This document shows positions 1 through 10,855 of a stretch of 64,000 nucleotides of DNA, piece after piece; position 1 is the stretch's first letter; the number at the start of each line of letters is the position of its first letter. The stretch comes from Candidatus Bathyarchaeota archaeon. Its GTDB lineage: Archaea > Thermoproteota > Bathyarchaeia > Bathyarchaeales > Bathycorpusculaceae. A model generated the notes under the pieces. That model saw only the letters and a program-made list of their open reading frames with translations. It searched no databases and had not been told where the DNA came from. Where the stretch lies: assembly GCA_963815095.1 (NCBI GenBank), contig CAWFFH010000001.1, positions 64,001 to 128,000 on the forward strand, read 5' to 3'. Both the position numbers and the translations under genes were made by a program.

Positions 1-1976
1 CCTTTGGTTCTCTCTCGCCAAATTCGCCTTCAAATCCTTCAGGTCAAAACCCCATTTCTAATCCTTCACCCGGTTCTACAATAACTCCGATTTCTAATTC
101 TCCTTCAGCAATAGGTATGAAAACTTTCTCTTCCCTTCAAGAACTAAAAAGTTACCTCGCAAACGCTTCAACAGCTGGATACTACGGGATTGAGCAATCG
201 TTTGGAAGCACAAAAAACGCTGCTCCGGTTCCAGCACCAGCACACGTGATGGCAACGGCAACTTCGGGGGTTACTACTGATTATTCCACCACTAACATCC
301 AAGTTGCAGGTGTTGACGAAGCTGACACCGTAAAAACTGATGGGCAATACATCTATACCATATCTACTCCTCAATCATACTACTATTATCCTTACGATTC
401 CTCTTTGCAACCCTCAAGTATCGTCTCCATTTTAAATGCTGACCCACAAAATGCCCAAGTCGTCTCAAAAATTTCCTTGGATAGCAGTTTAACGCCAATT
501 GGCTTGTTTTTAAGCCCAGACAGCACAAAGCTCGCTGTTTTATCGAATAAATACACATACAATTATGGTGCAACAACAAGCCCAAGCAGCATCTCGATCA
601 TGCCATTCTACAGCTATCAAGCAACAGCTATAAACATCTACGATATCACCAACAAAGCCACTCCAGTTTTAACTCGTAACTTTACAGTAAGTGGCAGCTA
701 CTTCAACTCTCGAATGATAGGTAACTACCTTTATGCTATAACAAGCCAAAGCGCCATGGTATACAATGATTTGGTAACGGTTCCTGCAGTTTACAATGGC
801 GGAGTTGCCTACGCAGCGTCGCCAACAAGCATCTACTATGCCGATATGAACCAATCAAACTATTACTCTTTCACAAGCTTCTACGGCATCGACATCGCAA
901 ATGACCAGCAACAACCCACTAACATGACAGTGTTGATGAGCGGCGCAAGCACAATGTACGTGTCCCCAAGCAACATATACGTGGCTTACCCAAACTGGGC
1001 AAACGGAACCGATTTGACTTCAATTTACCGAATAAAAATTGACGGTTTACAACTTAGTTTTGAAGCCCAAGGCAACATTCCTGGCTACGCAATGGATCAA
1101 TACTCTATGGATGAATATGGCAGTAACCTGAGAGTTGCAACCCACCTGTATCAATACACATTTGACCTATTTTCATCGCAACAGTCAATCCAAACCAACA
1201 ACCTCTACGTCCTTAACCAAAACTTAACCGTGGTCGGGAAATTGGAAGGAATTGGACAAGGAGAAAACCTTCACGCAGTCCGCTTCATGGGCGATAGAGG
1301 CTACATGGTAACCTTCATCAAAACAGACCCCTTATTCGTAATCGACCTAAGTCAGCCAAAAAACCCCCGAATACTTGGTGAGCTCACTATGCCGGGTTAC
1401 AGCGACTATTTGCATCCCTACGACTCTAACCACCTAATTGGCGTAGGCAAAGACGCAGTTGGTTCAGCTCAAGGCAATTTTGCATGGTATCAAGGTTTAA
1501 AGCTGGCCCTATTTGATGTAAGCGACGTTAACAACCCTGTGTTGATGGCAAACTACAGTATTGGTGACAGGGGCACAAATTCAGAGGTTCTAAATGACCC
1601 TAAAGCGCTCCTATTCGATAAAGGCAAGAATCTGCTTGTCATTCCAGTTGATTTGGCAATTGTAAATCAAACTTTAGCGCAGCAATACCCATCAGATTTT
1701 CCTGCTTACGGGCAACAAGTCTGGCAAGGCGCATATGTCTTTAGCCTGTCCACAGAGGGTGGCTTTACGCTTAAAGGAACAATAACACACCTAAACGCCA
1801 CATTATTCAACAGCCAAGGACAACTAAGCAACCAAAACGACTACTATTCCACACAAAATGATTGGATAACGCGCTCCCTCTACATCGGAAACACACTCTT
1901 TACCATATCCAACAGCGAAGTAAAACTCAGCAGCCTAACCGACCTCTCGCAAATCGCAGTAGTAAATCTCCAATAA
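1..1976 (+). CDS. Secreted beta-propeller domain protein (Beta_propel family), 5'-truncated by the window edge
   Basis: Family motifs YSTTNIQVAGVDEADTVKTDG, AVRFMGDRGYMVTF, DPLFVIDLS, GYSDYLHPY. The frame of ORF 117..1976 stays open back to base 3 (S/P/N-rich linker), so the true start is upstream of the window. Confidence 0.85.
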   Translation, partial: FGSLSPNSPSNPSGQNPISNPSPGSTITPISNSPSAIGMKTFSSLQELKSYLANASTAGYYGIEQSFGSTKNAAPVPAPAHVMATATSGVTTDYSTTNIQVAGVDEADTVKTDGQYIYTISTPQSYYYYPYDSSLQPSSIVSILNADPQNAQVVSKISLDSSLTPIGLFLSPDSTKLAVLSNKYTYNYGATTSPSSISIMPFYSYQATAINIYDITNKATPVLTRNFTVSGSYFNSRMIGNYLYAITSQSAMVYNDLVTVPAVYNGGVAYAASPTSIYYADMNQSNYYSFTSFYGIDIANDQQQPTNMTVLMSGASTMYVSPSNIYVAYPNWANGTDLTSIYRIKIDGLQLSFEAQGNIPGYAMDQYSMDEYGSNLRVATHLYQYTFDLFSSQQSIQTNNLYVLNQNLTVVGKLEGIGQGENLHAVRFMGDRGYMVTFIKTDPLFVIDLSQPKNPRILGELTMPGYSDYLHPYDSNHLIGVGKDAVGSAQGNFAWYQGLKLALFDVSDVNNPVLMANYSIGDRGTNSEVLNDPKALLFDKGKNLLVIPVDLAIVNQTLAQQYPSDFPAYGQQVWQGAYVFSLSTEGGFTLKGTITHLNATLFNSQGQLSNQNDYYSTQNDWITRSLYIGNTLFTISNSEVKLSSLTDLSQIAVVNLQ

Positions 1977-2120
1977 CTTTTTCTTTTTTTTAAAGTCCTA
2001 TTTATTTCTATTTTTTTTAACACGTTTATAGTTGGTAAAAAAGCTTCTAAAGTTTGTACCATGAATTTCCTATGGATCCAAATAAGTTCCTGAGCGATTT
2101 TTTGTTTGAAATGTAGCGTT

Positions 2121-3284
2121 TTAGGTTACTGTTTGATTCCAATAGAAAACTTGATTGTAATTTCCAAGCAAAGGCACAATCAGATCCGGTTCATCATAAA
2201 GTACGTCAACCCGTGAGCCATAAATTGCCGTCAAGGTCGCTACGTCGGAGTAGATTTTTGAAGATAACGCATCTGCTGGGAACAATCCCCAAATAGTGTC
2301 TTCGGGGCTGCGGAAGCCAAACCCGTAATCTGCAGGCACAACATAGGCGACTTCAGGCTTGTTTGAGTCTAAACTTCCTGGGTTACTTTGAATGGTGCTC
2401 CAGAATTTCTGCAATGCAGCAAAATGGTCATCAGTTAGGATTCCATAGCTTGTTATATTTGGGTAACTGAAAACTACCGCGTATTTGGCACCTACACTGT
2501 AAGCCAACGAGAGGTCACTATAGAGGTCTTTTCCTGATTCAAGATACGGCGGCTGGTTATACTTCCAGTTAATAATGACACCCCATTCTCTGCCAAACGC
2601 ATCTGACGCCCCCCTGCAGCGGGCGATGTGGCGTTCTCTGCTTTCGTTACCTACGAACTCGGCGAAGATCGCACTATAGTTTGCTTTGTAATTAAACCAG
2701 TAGAGACCATAATCTGAGGTGAAAATCTTGGGGCTATACTGTAGGTAATACTTTGAGAAAAACGCTAAGGTATCGGTGAAATTCTCAGCTACATCTGTAT
2801 AGGTTGTGTTAGCTTGGAGCATGGTGCGGTTGAAGAGCTGGAAAGCGCCGCTGTCAAGCTGGTTTCCTCCAGGTTCATCGTACCTGTCTATTCCCAAGAA
2901 ACTATCCCCGTACCGAACCTTGGCCTCAGTCAACCAATGTGAAATATTATAATTGTACATTTCTAAGCCAGTAAACAGTACGATAAAGTTTAGTTTAGCT
3001 TGGAAAATATAGTCACATGCCTGAGTCAAAGCAGTTTCATTAAATGTTAAGCCTACTGAACCCATGACAAAAAAATTCGTGTAATCCTTCACTTTGTCTA
3101 CTAAAGCCTGAATTTGGGTTATTTGAACTTGAGCGGTTTGGTTTTTACCGTAAGCATACTCCACGCCCACGTAGAATTGCCTACTTGGGGTTTGGTTGCT
3201 AAAGGGTTTGAGTGCCAAAAAAAGCGATAAAACAATTAGCACGATGAGCACGGAGGCGGTTAAAGCGATAAATTTACGGTTCAA
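2121..3284 (-). CDS. Secreted/membrane-anchored hypothetical protein (possible glycoside-hydrolase-like barrel)
   Basis: 387-aa ORF with an N-terminal hydrophobic helix and a YDEPGG motif; the fold assignment is inference only. Confidence 0.6.
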   Translation of the reverse strand: MNRKFIALTASVLIVLIVLSLFLALKPFSNQTPSRQFYVGVEYAYGKNQTAQVQITQIQALVDKVKDYTNFFVMGSVGLTFNETALTQACDYIFQAKLNFIVLFTGLEMYNYNISHWLTEAKVRYGDSFLGIDRYDEPGGNQLDSGAFQLFNRTMLQANTTYTDVAENFTDTLAFFSKYYLQYSPKIFTSDYGLYWFNYKANYSAIFAEFVGNESRERHIARCRGASDAFGREWGVIINWKYNQPPYLESGKDLYSDLSLAYSVGAKYAVVFSYPNITSYGILTDDHFAALQKFWSTIQSNPGSLDSNKPEVAYVVPADYGFGFRSPEDTIWGLFPADALSSKIYSDVATLTAIYGSRVDVLYDEPDLIVPLLGNYNQVFYWNQTVT

Positions 3285-3384
3285 ATTTGCTCAACCAATG
3301 AGTAGAATAATCAAAGACAAAAGTATTTAATGTTTGAACAGTTGCCGGTAGACCAAAAAGAAAGAAGAAAAATTAATTCATCTT

Positions 3385-3825
3385 TTACCTGTGATAGAGA
3401 CCTATCAACTCGCCTTTAGCAAGAATATGTCCTTGTATGGCTTTTTCAAGGTCTCTTTTGGTGGTTTTGGCTCCTAAACTTAGCTCTGTGTCAAGAGCAT
3501 AAACCTTAAAGAAATATCTATGTGTACCCGAAGGTGGACATGGACCCATAAACCCTTTCTGCCGTGCGCTATTCAACCCCTCTGTTCCGGGAACCGAGTT
3601 CTCAGCTATTTTGGTTGTCGATGACGGAATGTTCCATACTACCCAATGGTCAAATGTTCCATGTGGAGCGTCGGGATCATCAATAACTAGTGCTATGCTC
3701 TTTGCTTCTTTGGATACTCCTTCGATTGTTACTGCTGGATTGGTGTCTTCCCCGTCACAGGTGTGTTTTTTAGGGATTGGGCTGTTGTGAGTAAACGATG
3801 GGCTTTTGATTGTGAGTTCCTTCAT
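3385..3825 (-). CDS. YbhB/YbcL family (PEBP/Raf kinase inhibitor-like) protein
   Basis: DDPDAP, HWVVWNI and GPCPPSGTHRYFFKVYALD motifs. Confidence 0.93.
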   Translation of the reverse strand: MKELTIKSPSFTHNSPIPKKHTCDGEDTNPAVTIEGVSKEAKSIALVIDDPDAPHGTFDHWVVWNIPSSTTKIAENSVPGTEGLNSARQKGFMGPCPPSGTHRYFFKVYALDTELSLGAKTTKRDLEKAIQGHILAKGELIGLYHR

Positions 3826-4175
3826 TAAAATCCTCTTGGAACAATGTTTTGCGGGTTAGATAAAGTTGATGAAAAAAAACGCTATTCATTTGATGTTTTT
3901 TATTCTTTCCATTTTTCCATGATCAACTTCCTTCATTTGGGCTGAAATGGACCTTAAGAGGTATTGAATCGTCGCATTTTAGCGGAAACATACGGTCCTC
4001 TACAATGCGAACGGGATAATTGAGCAAGTATCTATTGTCTTTTCGCCTAATGATAGTTCCATTTTCCTCATTACCTATAAATCATTACAAACAAGTTAGC
4101 GATGTCTTCTCAGGAAGCCTTTAAACCTGGCTATAAGAAACCAATTAAAAATAAGTATTGATGGTGTAGACAGTT

Positions 4176-5870
4176 TTAAACTTGAGCTTTTCTTAGAAAA
4201 TCCGCTGCAATCCTCAAATTTATCCTGTAAAAGGCTATGGTTATGCCCAACGAAATGGCTGCGCTAATAGCGGCTCCAATGGCAAGACTTGTCGTGCTGA
4301 TGGCGCTACCAGTGAACAGCGATAACCCAATCGTCACGATTAATGGAGCCAAAACGGCTATTCCAACTACAGCACCAACAACTAATCCAATCAACGACCA
4401 TTCTTGACGCACCATCCTTGCTCGGCGAGTCTGAGAGAAATCTGGACCCTTAAACCCGATTGTCAACGAAACAGTTCCCACAGCTAACAACATAAAGAAT
4501 CCTCCAAGAAAAGAAGCGATTGAAACGTACCAGTTTGCATGATAGAATATTACGCCTATAGTTCCGCTTACAATCAGAATGATTGTTGAAAAGAGCGTTA
4601 AAAAGAACATCTTGGCTTTAACGAGGATTTTAGGTGAAATCGGCGAGGCGTAAATCCTCCAGACAGATTGCCCTTCTTCGCCAATCATTACTTCGCCAAG
4701 CAGCAAAGCGGTAAAACCTGCCGGTAAAAAGAAAATAATGACTTCAAAAATGAGTTCTCCAGTACCTTGACCTCCTCCCGTTGTTCCAATTGTCCCGAAC
4801 GATTGCATGACTGGGAGAATAATCATGATAATAGGCACGATGAAAATGCTTATCATTTCACGGCGCCTAGTGAAAGCTCTACCATCTTTACGAATTATTG
4901 CAGCTTCAGCGCTGGATAACCCAAGTTTACCCAAAAAGCCTGTTTTAGGTGCATAAACACCGCTTTTTTGAAGGTTAATTGCGGGGGGCTCGTAGAGTCC
5001 GAATAGTTGGTTTAGCTTTACTGCTAAAAAGTAGAGTGCCGCAATGAAAAGTGCAGCTGATGTAGTGTAAACTAAGCTTTGTAAATACATTCCACTGAAA
5101 CTGTTGCCTATTGTTAATGCGAGCCAAATGAAGGGGACAAACCAAGCCACACTTTGAATCTGCTGTATACTTCTGAAGAATGTTAGGGCGCCTGTTCCGT
5201 TAATTACGTAGAAATAAACGGTATAGAAAGCAATGAAGAGAAATAGTGTGGTGATTAATCTCACCCATATGGCTGCTTTGCCGCTGGATTTGTAGACTGC
5301 GCCGGTGAAACGCATCTGCAGTAACCTTAGGACTTCTGTGAGGGCACTTGCCATGAAAGCAGTTGCAAGCAACGCGAATGTGGTCAAGATTGCCTGTAGA
5401 ATTAAACCGTTGAATGCTCCATAAACGATGGCTCCTGTTCCAATGCCTAAAACTAGTGCGATAGGCAAACCAAGGAGGTTGGATAATATGGATGCCATCG
5501 TTTGTTCTTGCCAGGTTATAGGTAGCCAATACATTACTTGTCCCGCGGCTTTGATTCCTGAAACTTGGATTTGCTGGAGAAGTGTAAATACGAAGGCGAA
5601 GACTAGGACTATTGTTGGCAATGTAACGAAGACGCTTAAGGAACCGCTTGCAAGAGGCGGCAGGTTTGGAATGGAGTTTGCATTTGAATAAATTGAAGAT
5701 ACTGCGAAATTAGCTATTAAGCCGCTTATTACACCAATTATTACTGCTATCCAATAGGGCCAGTAGGCAAGTACGAGGTTTTCCCGGTACCTTGTTGCCT
5801 TTATCCCTCGTATTAATCGGCCAGATTTGCGTTCAACCCTAAGCAGATAGAGGACGTTCTTCCAGTTCAT
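4176..5870 (-). CDS. ABC transporter permease (multi-TM, putative ABC-2-type exporter)
   Basis: 564 aa with about 14 hydrophobic segments; overlaps the stop of the upstream ABC ATPase by 4 nt. Confidence 0.8.
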   Translation of the reverse strand: MNWKNVLYLLRVERKSGRLIRGIKATRYRENLVLAYWPYWIAVIIGVISGLIANFAVSSIYSNANSIPNLPPLASGSLSVFVTLPTIVLVFAFVFTLLQQIQVSGIKAAGQVMYWLPITWQEQTMASILSNLLGLPIALVLGIGTGAIVYGAFNGLILQAILTTFALLATAFMASALTEVLRLLQMRFTGAVYKSSGKAAIWVRLITTLFLFIAFYTVYFYVINGTGALTFFRSIQQIQSVAWFVPFIWLALTIGNSFSGMYLQSLVYTTSAALFIAALYFLAVKLNQLFGLYEPPAINLQKSGVYAPKTGFLGKLGLSSAEAAIIRKDGRAFTRRREMISIFIVPIIMIILPVMQSFGTIGTTGGGQGTGELIFEVIIFFLPAGFTALLLGEVMIGEEGQSVWRIYASPISPKILVKAKMFFLTLFSTIILIVSGTIGVIFYHANWYVSIASFLGGFFMLLAVGTVSLTIGFKGPDFSQTRRARMVRQEWSLIGLVVGAVVGIAVLAPLIVTIGLSLFTGSAISTTSLAIGAAISAAISLGITIAFYRINLRIAADFLRKAQV

Positions 5871-6640
5871 CGTAGCAGTTCCTCAACGACAGCTCTTAAA
5901 TCTCCAGTTCCAGTCAACTTGAGGAAGATATCTTCTAGGCCGCTGTTCGGTAAACTTGCTCTACCCCTAAGTTCCTCCATAGTGCCTAACGCTAAAATGT
6001 TGCCCTGATACATTATGGCAATTCGGTCGCACAAAGCCTCAGCAATCTCTAAAACATGAGTAGAAAGAATAGTTGTGACACCCTGCCTTTTTAGTTCATG
6101 TAGCAAATCCTTTACTATTTTTGCGCTTCTAGGGTCTAAGGTGTTGAGGGGTTCGTCCAGAATCAAGAGCTTTGGTTTGTGAAGGAATGCTGAGATTAGG
6201 CTGATTTTCTTCTTCATGCCGTCAGAGTAACTGTTAATCATGTCGCCTTCTCTGCCTTCGAGTTGAAGGGCTTTGAGGTATTCAGTTATGCGCTGCTTCT
6301 TCTCAGCAGTGGGAACACCGTATATGTCTGCGATGAAATCGAGGTATTCGATTCCTGTTAAGAACTCGTAGATGTTGGGTGACTCGGGAACGTAACCGAC
6401 TTGCTGCTTGACTGAAACTGGGTCTTTTTTTACATCTATCCCTAAAACGTTGATTGCGCCTGCAGTGGGCTCAACCAAACTCATTAGCATTTTAAGGGTT
6501 GTGGATTTTCCTGAACCGTTCGGTCCCAAAAGTGCAAAGATTTCGCCTGTGTTAATGGTTAGGTTCATGTTGTTTACGGCTACGATTTCGTTGTAGCGTT
6601 TCGTTACGCCCTGAAGTTCTACTGCATATGGAGTGCTCAT
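5867..6640 (-). CDS. ABC transporter ATP-binding protein
   Basis: Walker A GPNGSGKST, signature variant YSDGM, Walker B LILDEP, H-loop STH. Confidence 0.95.
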   Translation of the reverse strand: MSTPYAVELQGVTKRYNEIVAVNNMNLTINTGEIFALLGPNGSGKSTTLKMLMSLVEPTAGAINVLGIDVKKDPVSVKQQVGYVPESPNIYEFLTGIEYLDFIADIYGVPTAEKKQRITEYLKALQLEGREGDMINSYSDGMKKKISLISAFLHKPKLLILDEPLNTLDPRSAKIVKDLLHELKRQGVTTILSTHVLEIAEALCDRIAIMYQGNILALGTMEELRGRASLPNSGLEDIFLKLTGTGDLRAVVEELLR

Positions 6641-6777
6641 GCTTACCAGTGCTCAAATGCAAATAGAAAAGCCTCGGTATTTAAGGGTAATGCGTATTTC
6701 CAGAGGTCTTACATTTGTTGGAAACGTAAACAAAAAAGGTTGCACAAAAAAATAAGAAAAGAAGAAATTACTCAGAC

Positions 6778-7215
6778 TTACTTAAAGTTGAGTTCAAAGC
6801 TTATAGGAACCGCTTCGCCCCAAGATTGACGAATTGGACAAATTTTCTGTGCCATCCCATAAACTGTGGTGGCTTTTTTGCGTTCGCGTTCATTATCGTT
6901 TTCTAAGGCTACGTTCATGTTGAAGTGGACGTTTGTGAAAATCAGTTTTTCCATGCCTTCTACATTCATCTTAACGTTTGCAGCGGTTTCCAAGCTTTTA
7001 AGTCCCAACTGACTGTTCTTAGCAATCAATAAAAATAGTGTGTTGATGCATGACGCTAAAGCTGCGGCGAAGATGTCTTCTGGTACGCAGTAGCCTTCTT
7101 TTCCACCAAACGATGGGGGAGGACTGACGGTTACAAGTTTTTTGCCTTTGATTGACAGTTCGCATTCGGTTGCGCCTTTCCATGTTGCAGTTCCTTCAAA
7201 ATTCATTTCTGGCAT
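6778..7215 (-). CDS. OsmC/Ohr family protein
   Basis: PEDIFAAALASC ... AQKICPI two-cysteine pattern. Confidence 0.85.
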   Translation of the reverse strand: MPEMNFEGTATWKGATECELSIKGKKLVTVSPPPSFGGKEGYCVPEDIFAAALASCINTLFLLIAKNSQLGLKSLETAANVKMNVEGMEKLIFTNVHFNMNVALENDNERERKKATTVYGMAQKICPIRQSWGEAVPISFELNFK

Positions 7216-7378
7216 AAAAATCTCCATAACTTTATTGTGTTGGTGGAAATTTAAGGTTACGGAAACTCTGGTTCAATAGGGGTGCTTCTAAGGTTGATTT
7301 CCAAGGCGTCTTTTTTTTGCTAAGCAAATATTCTTAAATCTTTCCAAAGTTTCATTGCTGAAAGAGAAAACGGTAAAT

Positions 7379-8368
7379 ATGGTCTACGCCATCCAAACTA
7401 ACCAATTAACAAAAGCTTATGGTTCACTCAAAGCAGTCGATTCACTTGACATCGCAGTGGAGTCAGGAGAAATTTTTGGTCTGCTAGGACCTAACGGCGC
7501 AGGAAAAACCACTGTTGTCTCAATGCTTTGCACAATTCTAAAACCAACCTTTGGCTCCGCAACAGTTAACGGCTATGATATTGTCCGAGAAGCTAACAAG
7601 GTGCGAAAATCCATAGGCATAGTTTTCCAAGACCCCAGCATCGACGACCGCTTAACGGGAAGAGAAAATCTATTCATGCACGCTAACCTCTATGGAGTTC
7701 CAGCTTCGGAGCAGAAGGAACGAATCGCTCGTATCCTAAATTTGGTGGAGTTGGAGGATAGGGCGGATGATTTGCTGCGTACTTATTCGGGTGGTATGCG
7801 TCGCAGGCTCGAATTGGGACGTGGCTTGATTCATTACCCAAAAGTGCTATTCTTAGATGAGCCAACTGTTGGGTTGGATCCGCAAACTCGGGACCATATC
7901 TGGAAATATATAAAAGAACTAAAAAAAACGCATGACATCACAGTTGTCTTAACTACTCATTACATGGATGAAGCTGATAGATTATCCGACCGCATTGCTA
8001 TCATGGATCACGGTAAAATTGTTATTTTAGATTCCCCCTCTAAACTTAAAGAAACCCTTGAAGGCGATGTAATAATTGTTAGATCCAATGGTCTTCAAGC
8101 TTTAACGGAGCAGGTTAACAATTCGTTGGGGCTAAATCAAACAAACATAGTTGATGGTGCCCTAGAAATTACGGTGCGCAACGGCAAAACAGTAATGCCC
8201 CGTATCATGGAGTTAGCGGCTCAAAACAAAATTTATGTCGAGTCTTTGCTTCTAAGGGAACCAAACCTCGAAGACGTTTTCCTACATTATACTGGGAGGA
8301 CAATTCGCGAAGATACATCCAAAGAACTGCATGGAGTATCTGCTGCTCGAAGGAGGGCAATTAAATGA
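7379..8368 (+). CDS. DrrA-like ABC transporter ATP-binding protein
   Basis: GPNGAGKTT, YSGGMRRRLE, LFLDEPTVGLDP, C-terminal PNLEDVFLHYTG. Confidence 0.95.
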   Translation: MVYAIQTNQLTKAYGSLKAVDSLDIAVESGEIFGLLGPNGAGKTTVVSMLCTILKPTFGSATVNGYDIVREANKVRKSIGIVFQDPSIDDRLTGRENLFMHANLYGVPASEQKERIARILNLVELEDRADDLLRTYSGGMRRRLELGRGLIHYPKVLFLDEPTVGLDPQTRDHIWKYIKELKKTHDITVVLTTHYMDEADRLSDRIAIMDHGKIVILDSPSKLKETLEGDVIIVRSNGLQALTEQVNNSLGLNQTNIVDGALEITVRNGKTVMPRIMELAAQNKIYVESLLLREPNLEDVFLHYTGRTIREDTSKELHGVSAARRRAIK

Positions 8369-9135
8369 GTGAAACCCGGGGGTTCTATTCTCTTTGGCTT
8401 CGTGAAATCAAACGGTTCTATCGTGACAGAACACGACTTATAACCAGTTTCATTCAACCCTTGCTTTGGCTTGTCATCTTCGCCGCGGCCTTTGCAACAC
8501 GCTTTGTGTTGCCCTCGAACCTGAACTATCAACAAGTAATATTGCCAGGCATAATTGGTCAAACTCTACTTTTCACGGGCATGTTCATGGGCATAAACGT
8601 CATCTGGGATAAGGAATTCGGCTTTATGAAAGAGATTTTGGTTTCCCCAATTTCGCGGTTTACAATTTTCTTAGGCAAAATGGTCGGTGACAGTACAGAC
8701 GCTCTTCTACAGGGGATTATAGTTTTCACCATAGGTTTAGCATTAGGTATCCCCATTAATCCAATTACTTTCCTTTACGCTCTACCCGTCATGCTGCTCA
8801 TCACGTTTGGCTTAGTCAGTATCGGGTTAGTAATTGCAAGTTTCATGGGTAACCTTGAAGGTTTCGGCGCTATCCAAACATTTGTTAATTTACCGCTATT
8901 CTTTCTGAGTGGCGCCCTGTTTCCTCTCAAAGGAGGTAGCCTCCCGGGTTGGTTAGTTGATATTGCGGCATGGAATCCGTTAACTTATGGTGTAGATGCG
9001 TTAAGAAATGTCACTTTAGGTTCGGCGTGGGCACCTTTTCAGGTTCAATCTTTAGGAATTGACCTTGGCGTCATTGCTCTCTTTGACGGCATCATGATTG
9101 TTATTGGTACGTGGGCTTTCTCAAGAATGAAGTAA
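8365..9135 (+). CDS. ABC-2 type permease (DrrB-like)
   Basis: Six TM segments, FFLSGALFP and NPLTYGVDALR motifs; coupled to the ATPase. Confidence 0.92.
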   Translation: MSETRGFYSLWLREIKRFYRDRTRLITSFIQPLLWLVIFAAAFATRFVLPSNLNYQQVILPGIIGQTLLFTGMFMGINVIWDKEFGFMKEILVSPISRFTIFLGKMVGDSTDALLQGIIVFTIGLALGIPINPITFLYALPVMLLITFGLVSIGLVIASFMGNLEGFGAIQTFVNLPLFFLSGALFPLKGGSLPGWLVDIAAWNPLTYGVDALRNVTLGSAWAPFQVQSLGIDLGVIALFDGIMIVIGTWAFSRMK

Positions 9136-9193
9136 TCTGCAGCCCAAAAATTTTTTGTTGATTAGAGGAAAAGAAGCTGGATAATAAAGAAGT

Positions 9194-9478
9194 TTACTTG
9201 TTAGTCATTTCGTTGATTTGCTGCTCCATCGCGTGACCACGACAGAAAACTATTGCTTTCTTTACTCCTGGAACCGACTTTGCTGCATCCCTTAAGTCTG
9301 CTGATAGCTTGAAGGCGATTGGGCAGAATGGGCTTGTTGGAACAAATTCAACGGTGACTGTGCCGGGCTCGGTTTCTTTTACGCTTTGAATCATCTGCAT
9401 TTCCTCGAAGGATTGACCTGTTTCGGGGTCCTGCACTTTGCCTACTTCTAAGCGGACTTTATCTTCAAGTTCAGTCAT
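9194..9478 (-). CDS. DUF59/MIP18-family iron-sulfur cluster assembly protein
   Basis: VQDPE ... TSPFCP motifs typical of DUF59. Confidence 0.85.
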   Translation of the reverse strand: MTELEDKVRLEVGKVQDPETGQSFEEMQMIQSVKETEPGTVTVEFVPTSPFCPIAFKLSADLRDAAKSVPGVKKAIVFCRGHAMEQQINEMTNK

Positions 9479-9578
9479 AATTTAAACCTCTCAATTACGT
9501 GAAAATATATGAAGTGGAAATGGAATATAAACCGATTGATAAAACAAAAATCTAACTCTGGTTTGACGGTGAGCTGAT

Positions 9579-9998
9579 TTGGCGTTTAACGAATTCTGTA
9601 TATTCTGCAAAATTGTCCGTAAACAAGCACCCTCAAGCATCGTTTACGAAGACGATACAATCATGGCTTTCCTCGACATTCGACCATTAAACATGGGACA
9701 TACCCTTGTAATTCCAAAGGCTCACTACGTTGATATATTTGACATCCCTGAAAAAGAATTAAGCCAAGTCCACAAAGCCGCTAAGTTGGTAGCGTTTGCA
9801 ATCAAAAAATCCACTGTCGCCGACGGCATTAGCATCATCCAACAGAATGGCAAAGCCGCAGGTCAAGACATCTTCCACATCCACGTCCATGTAGTGCCGC
9901 GATTTGATGGACAAAAATTGCCTCCTTTCAGTGAACTCAAAGAAGTCGAGAGAACCAAATTGGATGCGTTGGCAAAGAAAATAAAACAGTATATCTAA
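9579..9998 (+). CDS. HIT family hydrolase
   Basis: CIFCKI N-terminus, GHTLVIPK, histidine triad HIHVHVVPR. Confidence 0.95.
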   Translation: MAFNEFCIFCKIVRKQAPSSIVYEDDTIMAFLDIRPLNMGHTLVIPKAHYVDIFDIPEKELSQVHKAAKLVAFAIKKSTVADGISIIQQNGKAAGQDIFHIHVHVVPRFDGQKLPPFSELKEVERTKLDALAKKIKQYI

Positions 9999-10056
9999 AC
10001 TAAATCGTTTAGGATAAATTCTTAAAAAAATAAGGAACCTGAAGTTTTCAGGTTTA

Positions 10057-10494
10057 TTACATTGATTTTTCCATGTTAGCCATCTTTGGCATCAACACTT
10101 TATCTATTGCATGGCAAACTCCGTTATCGACCACTAAATCGGGTTTGATTATGTTTGCTCCGTTAACCTTTATGTTCCTGTGCAGATGCCAACTTTTCGC
10201 ATCTATTATAAGTTCTCCGCCATTAAGTGCTTGCAAATACTCGTGCTCTTTCAAATCTGCGGTCATCATTTTTCCTTCCACCACATGGAAAGTCAAAACT
10301 TCTTTGAGTTTCATAGGGTCTTTTAGAAGCATGTCCCAATCGGCTTTGGGGATTTTATTGAATGCTTCGTCTGTGGGTGCAAAAACTGTGAATGGGCCTG
10401 GACCTTTTAGGGTGTCTACGAGTCCTGCGGCTTTTACTGCTTCGGCTAGTTTGTTCATTCCTGATGCCATTGCGGCGTCAACAATATCCGGCAA
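10057..10494 (-). CDS. Fasciclin (FAS1) domain protein
   Basis: GPFTVFAPTDEAF (H1) and NGVCHAIDKVLMP (H2); probable TTG start at 10494 after a GGAGGTGA ribosome-binding site. Confidence 0.92.
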   Translation of the reverse strand: MPDIVDAAMASGMNKLAEAVKAAGLVDTLKGPGPFTVFAPTDEAFNKIPKADWDMLLKDPMKLKEVLTFHVVEGKMMTADLKEHEYLQALNGGELIIDAKSWHLHRNIKVNGANIIKPDLVVDNGVCHAIDKVLMPKMANMEKSM

Positions 10495-10855
10495 AAATTT
10501 CACCTCCACTGCAATTGAGTTCAAAAATCGCTAAGGATACAATGGATAGATTAAACTATAAACCTTACTAATCCACGCTTAAGGTGTCTGTTTCTAATTT
10601 CTTGTTTTTTCTTTAGTTAGTTGATATCGAAAAGTCCCTAACACATCTTCTACCAATAGGCTAGGCTGCAGGTTGTGTTTTGGTTTCAGTGCTGGATTTG
10701 GGTTGCATATTGGTTGTGCAAGCAGCCCCACAAGTAGTTCAAAAAATATAGTTCCTCCCAAAAAGAAGTAATACACATCAAAACCCAAACTACAAAAAAA
10801 GGGCAACGCTAAATCAACTTTGGTTTGTTTAAACCATGTTTCAAAACCGAGCGTT

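Noticed and set aside
10594-10806. 70-aa ORF between the fasciclin gene and dinB
   Set aside because: No motif or RBS, low-complexity 5' half; likely spurious.
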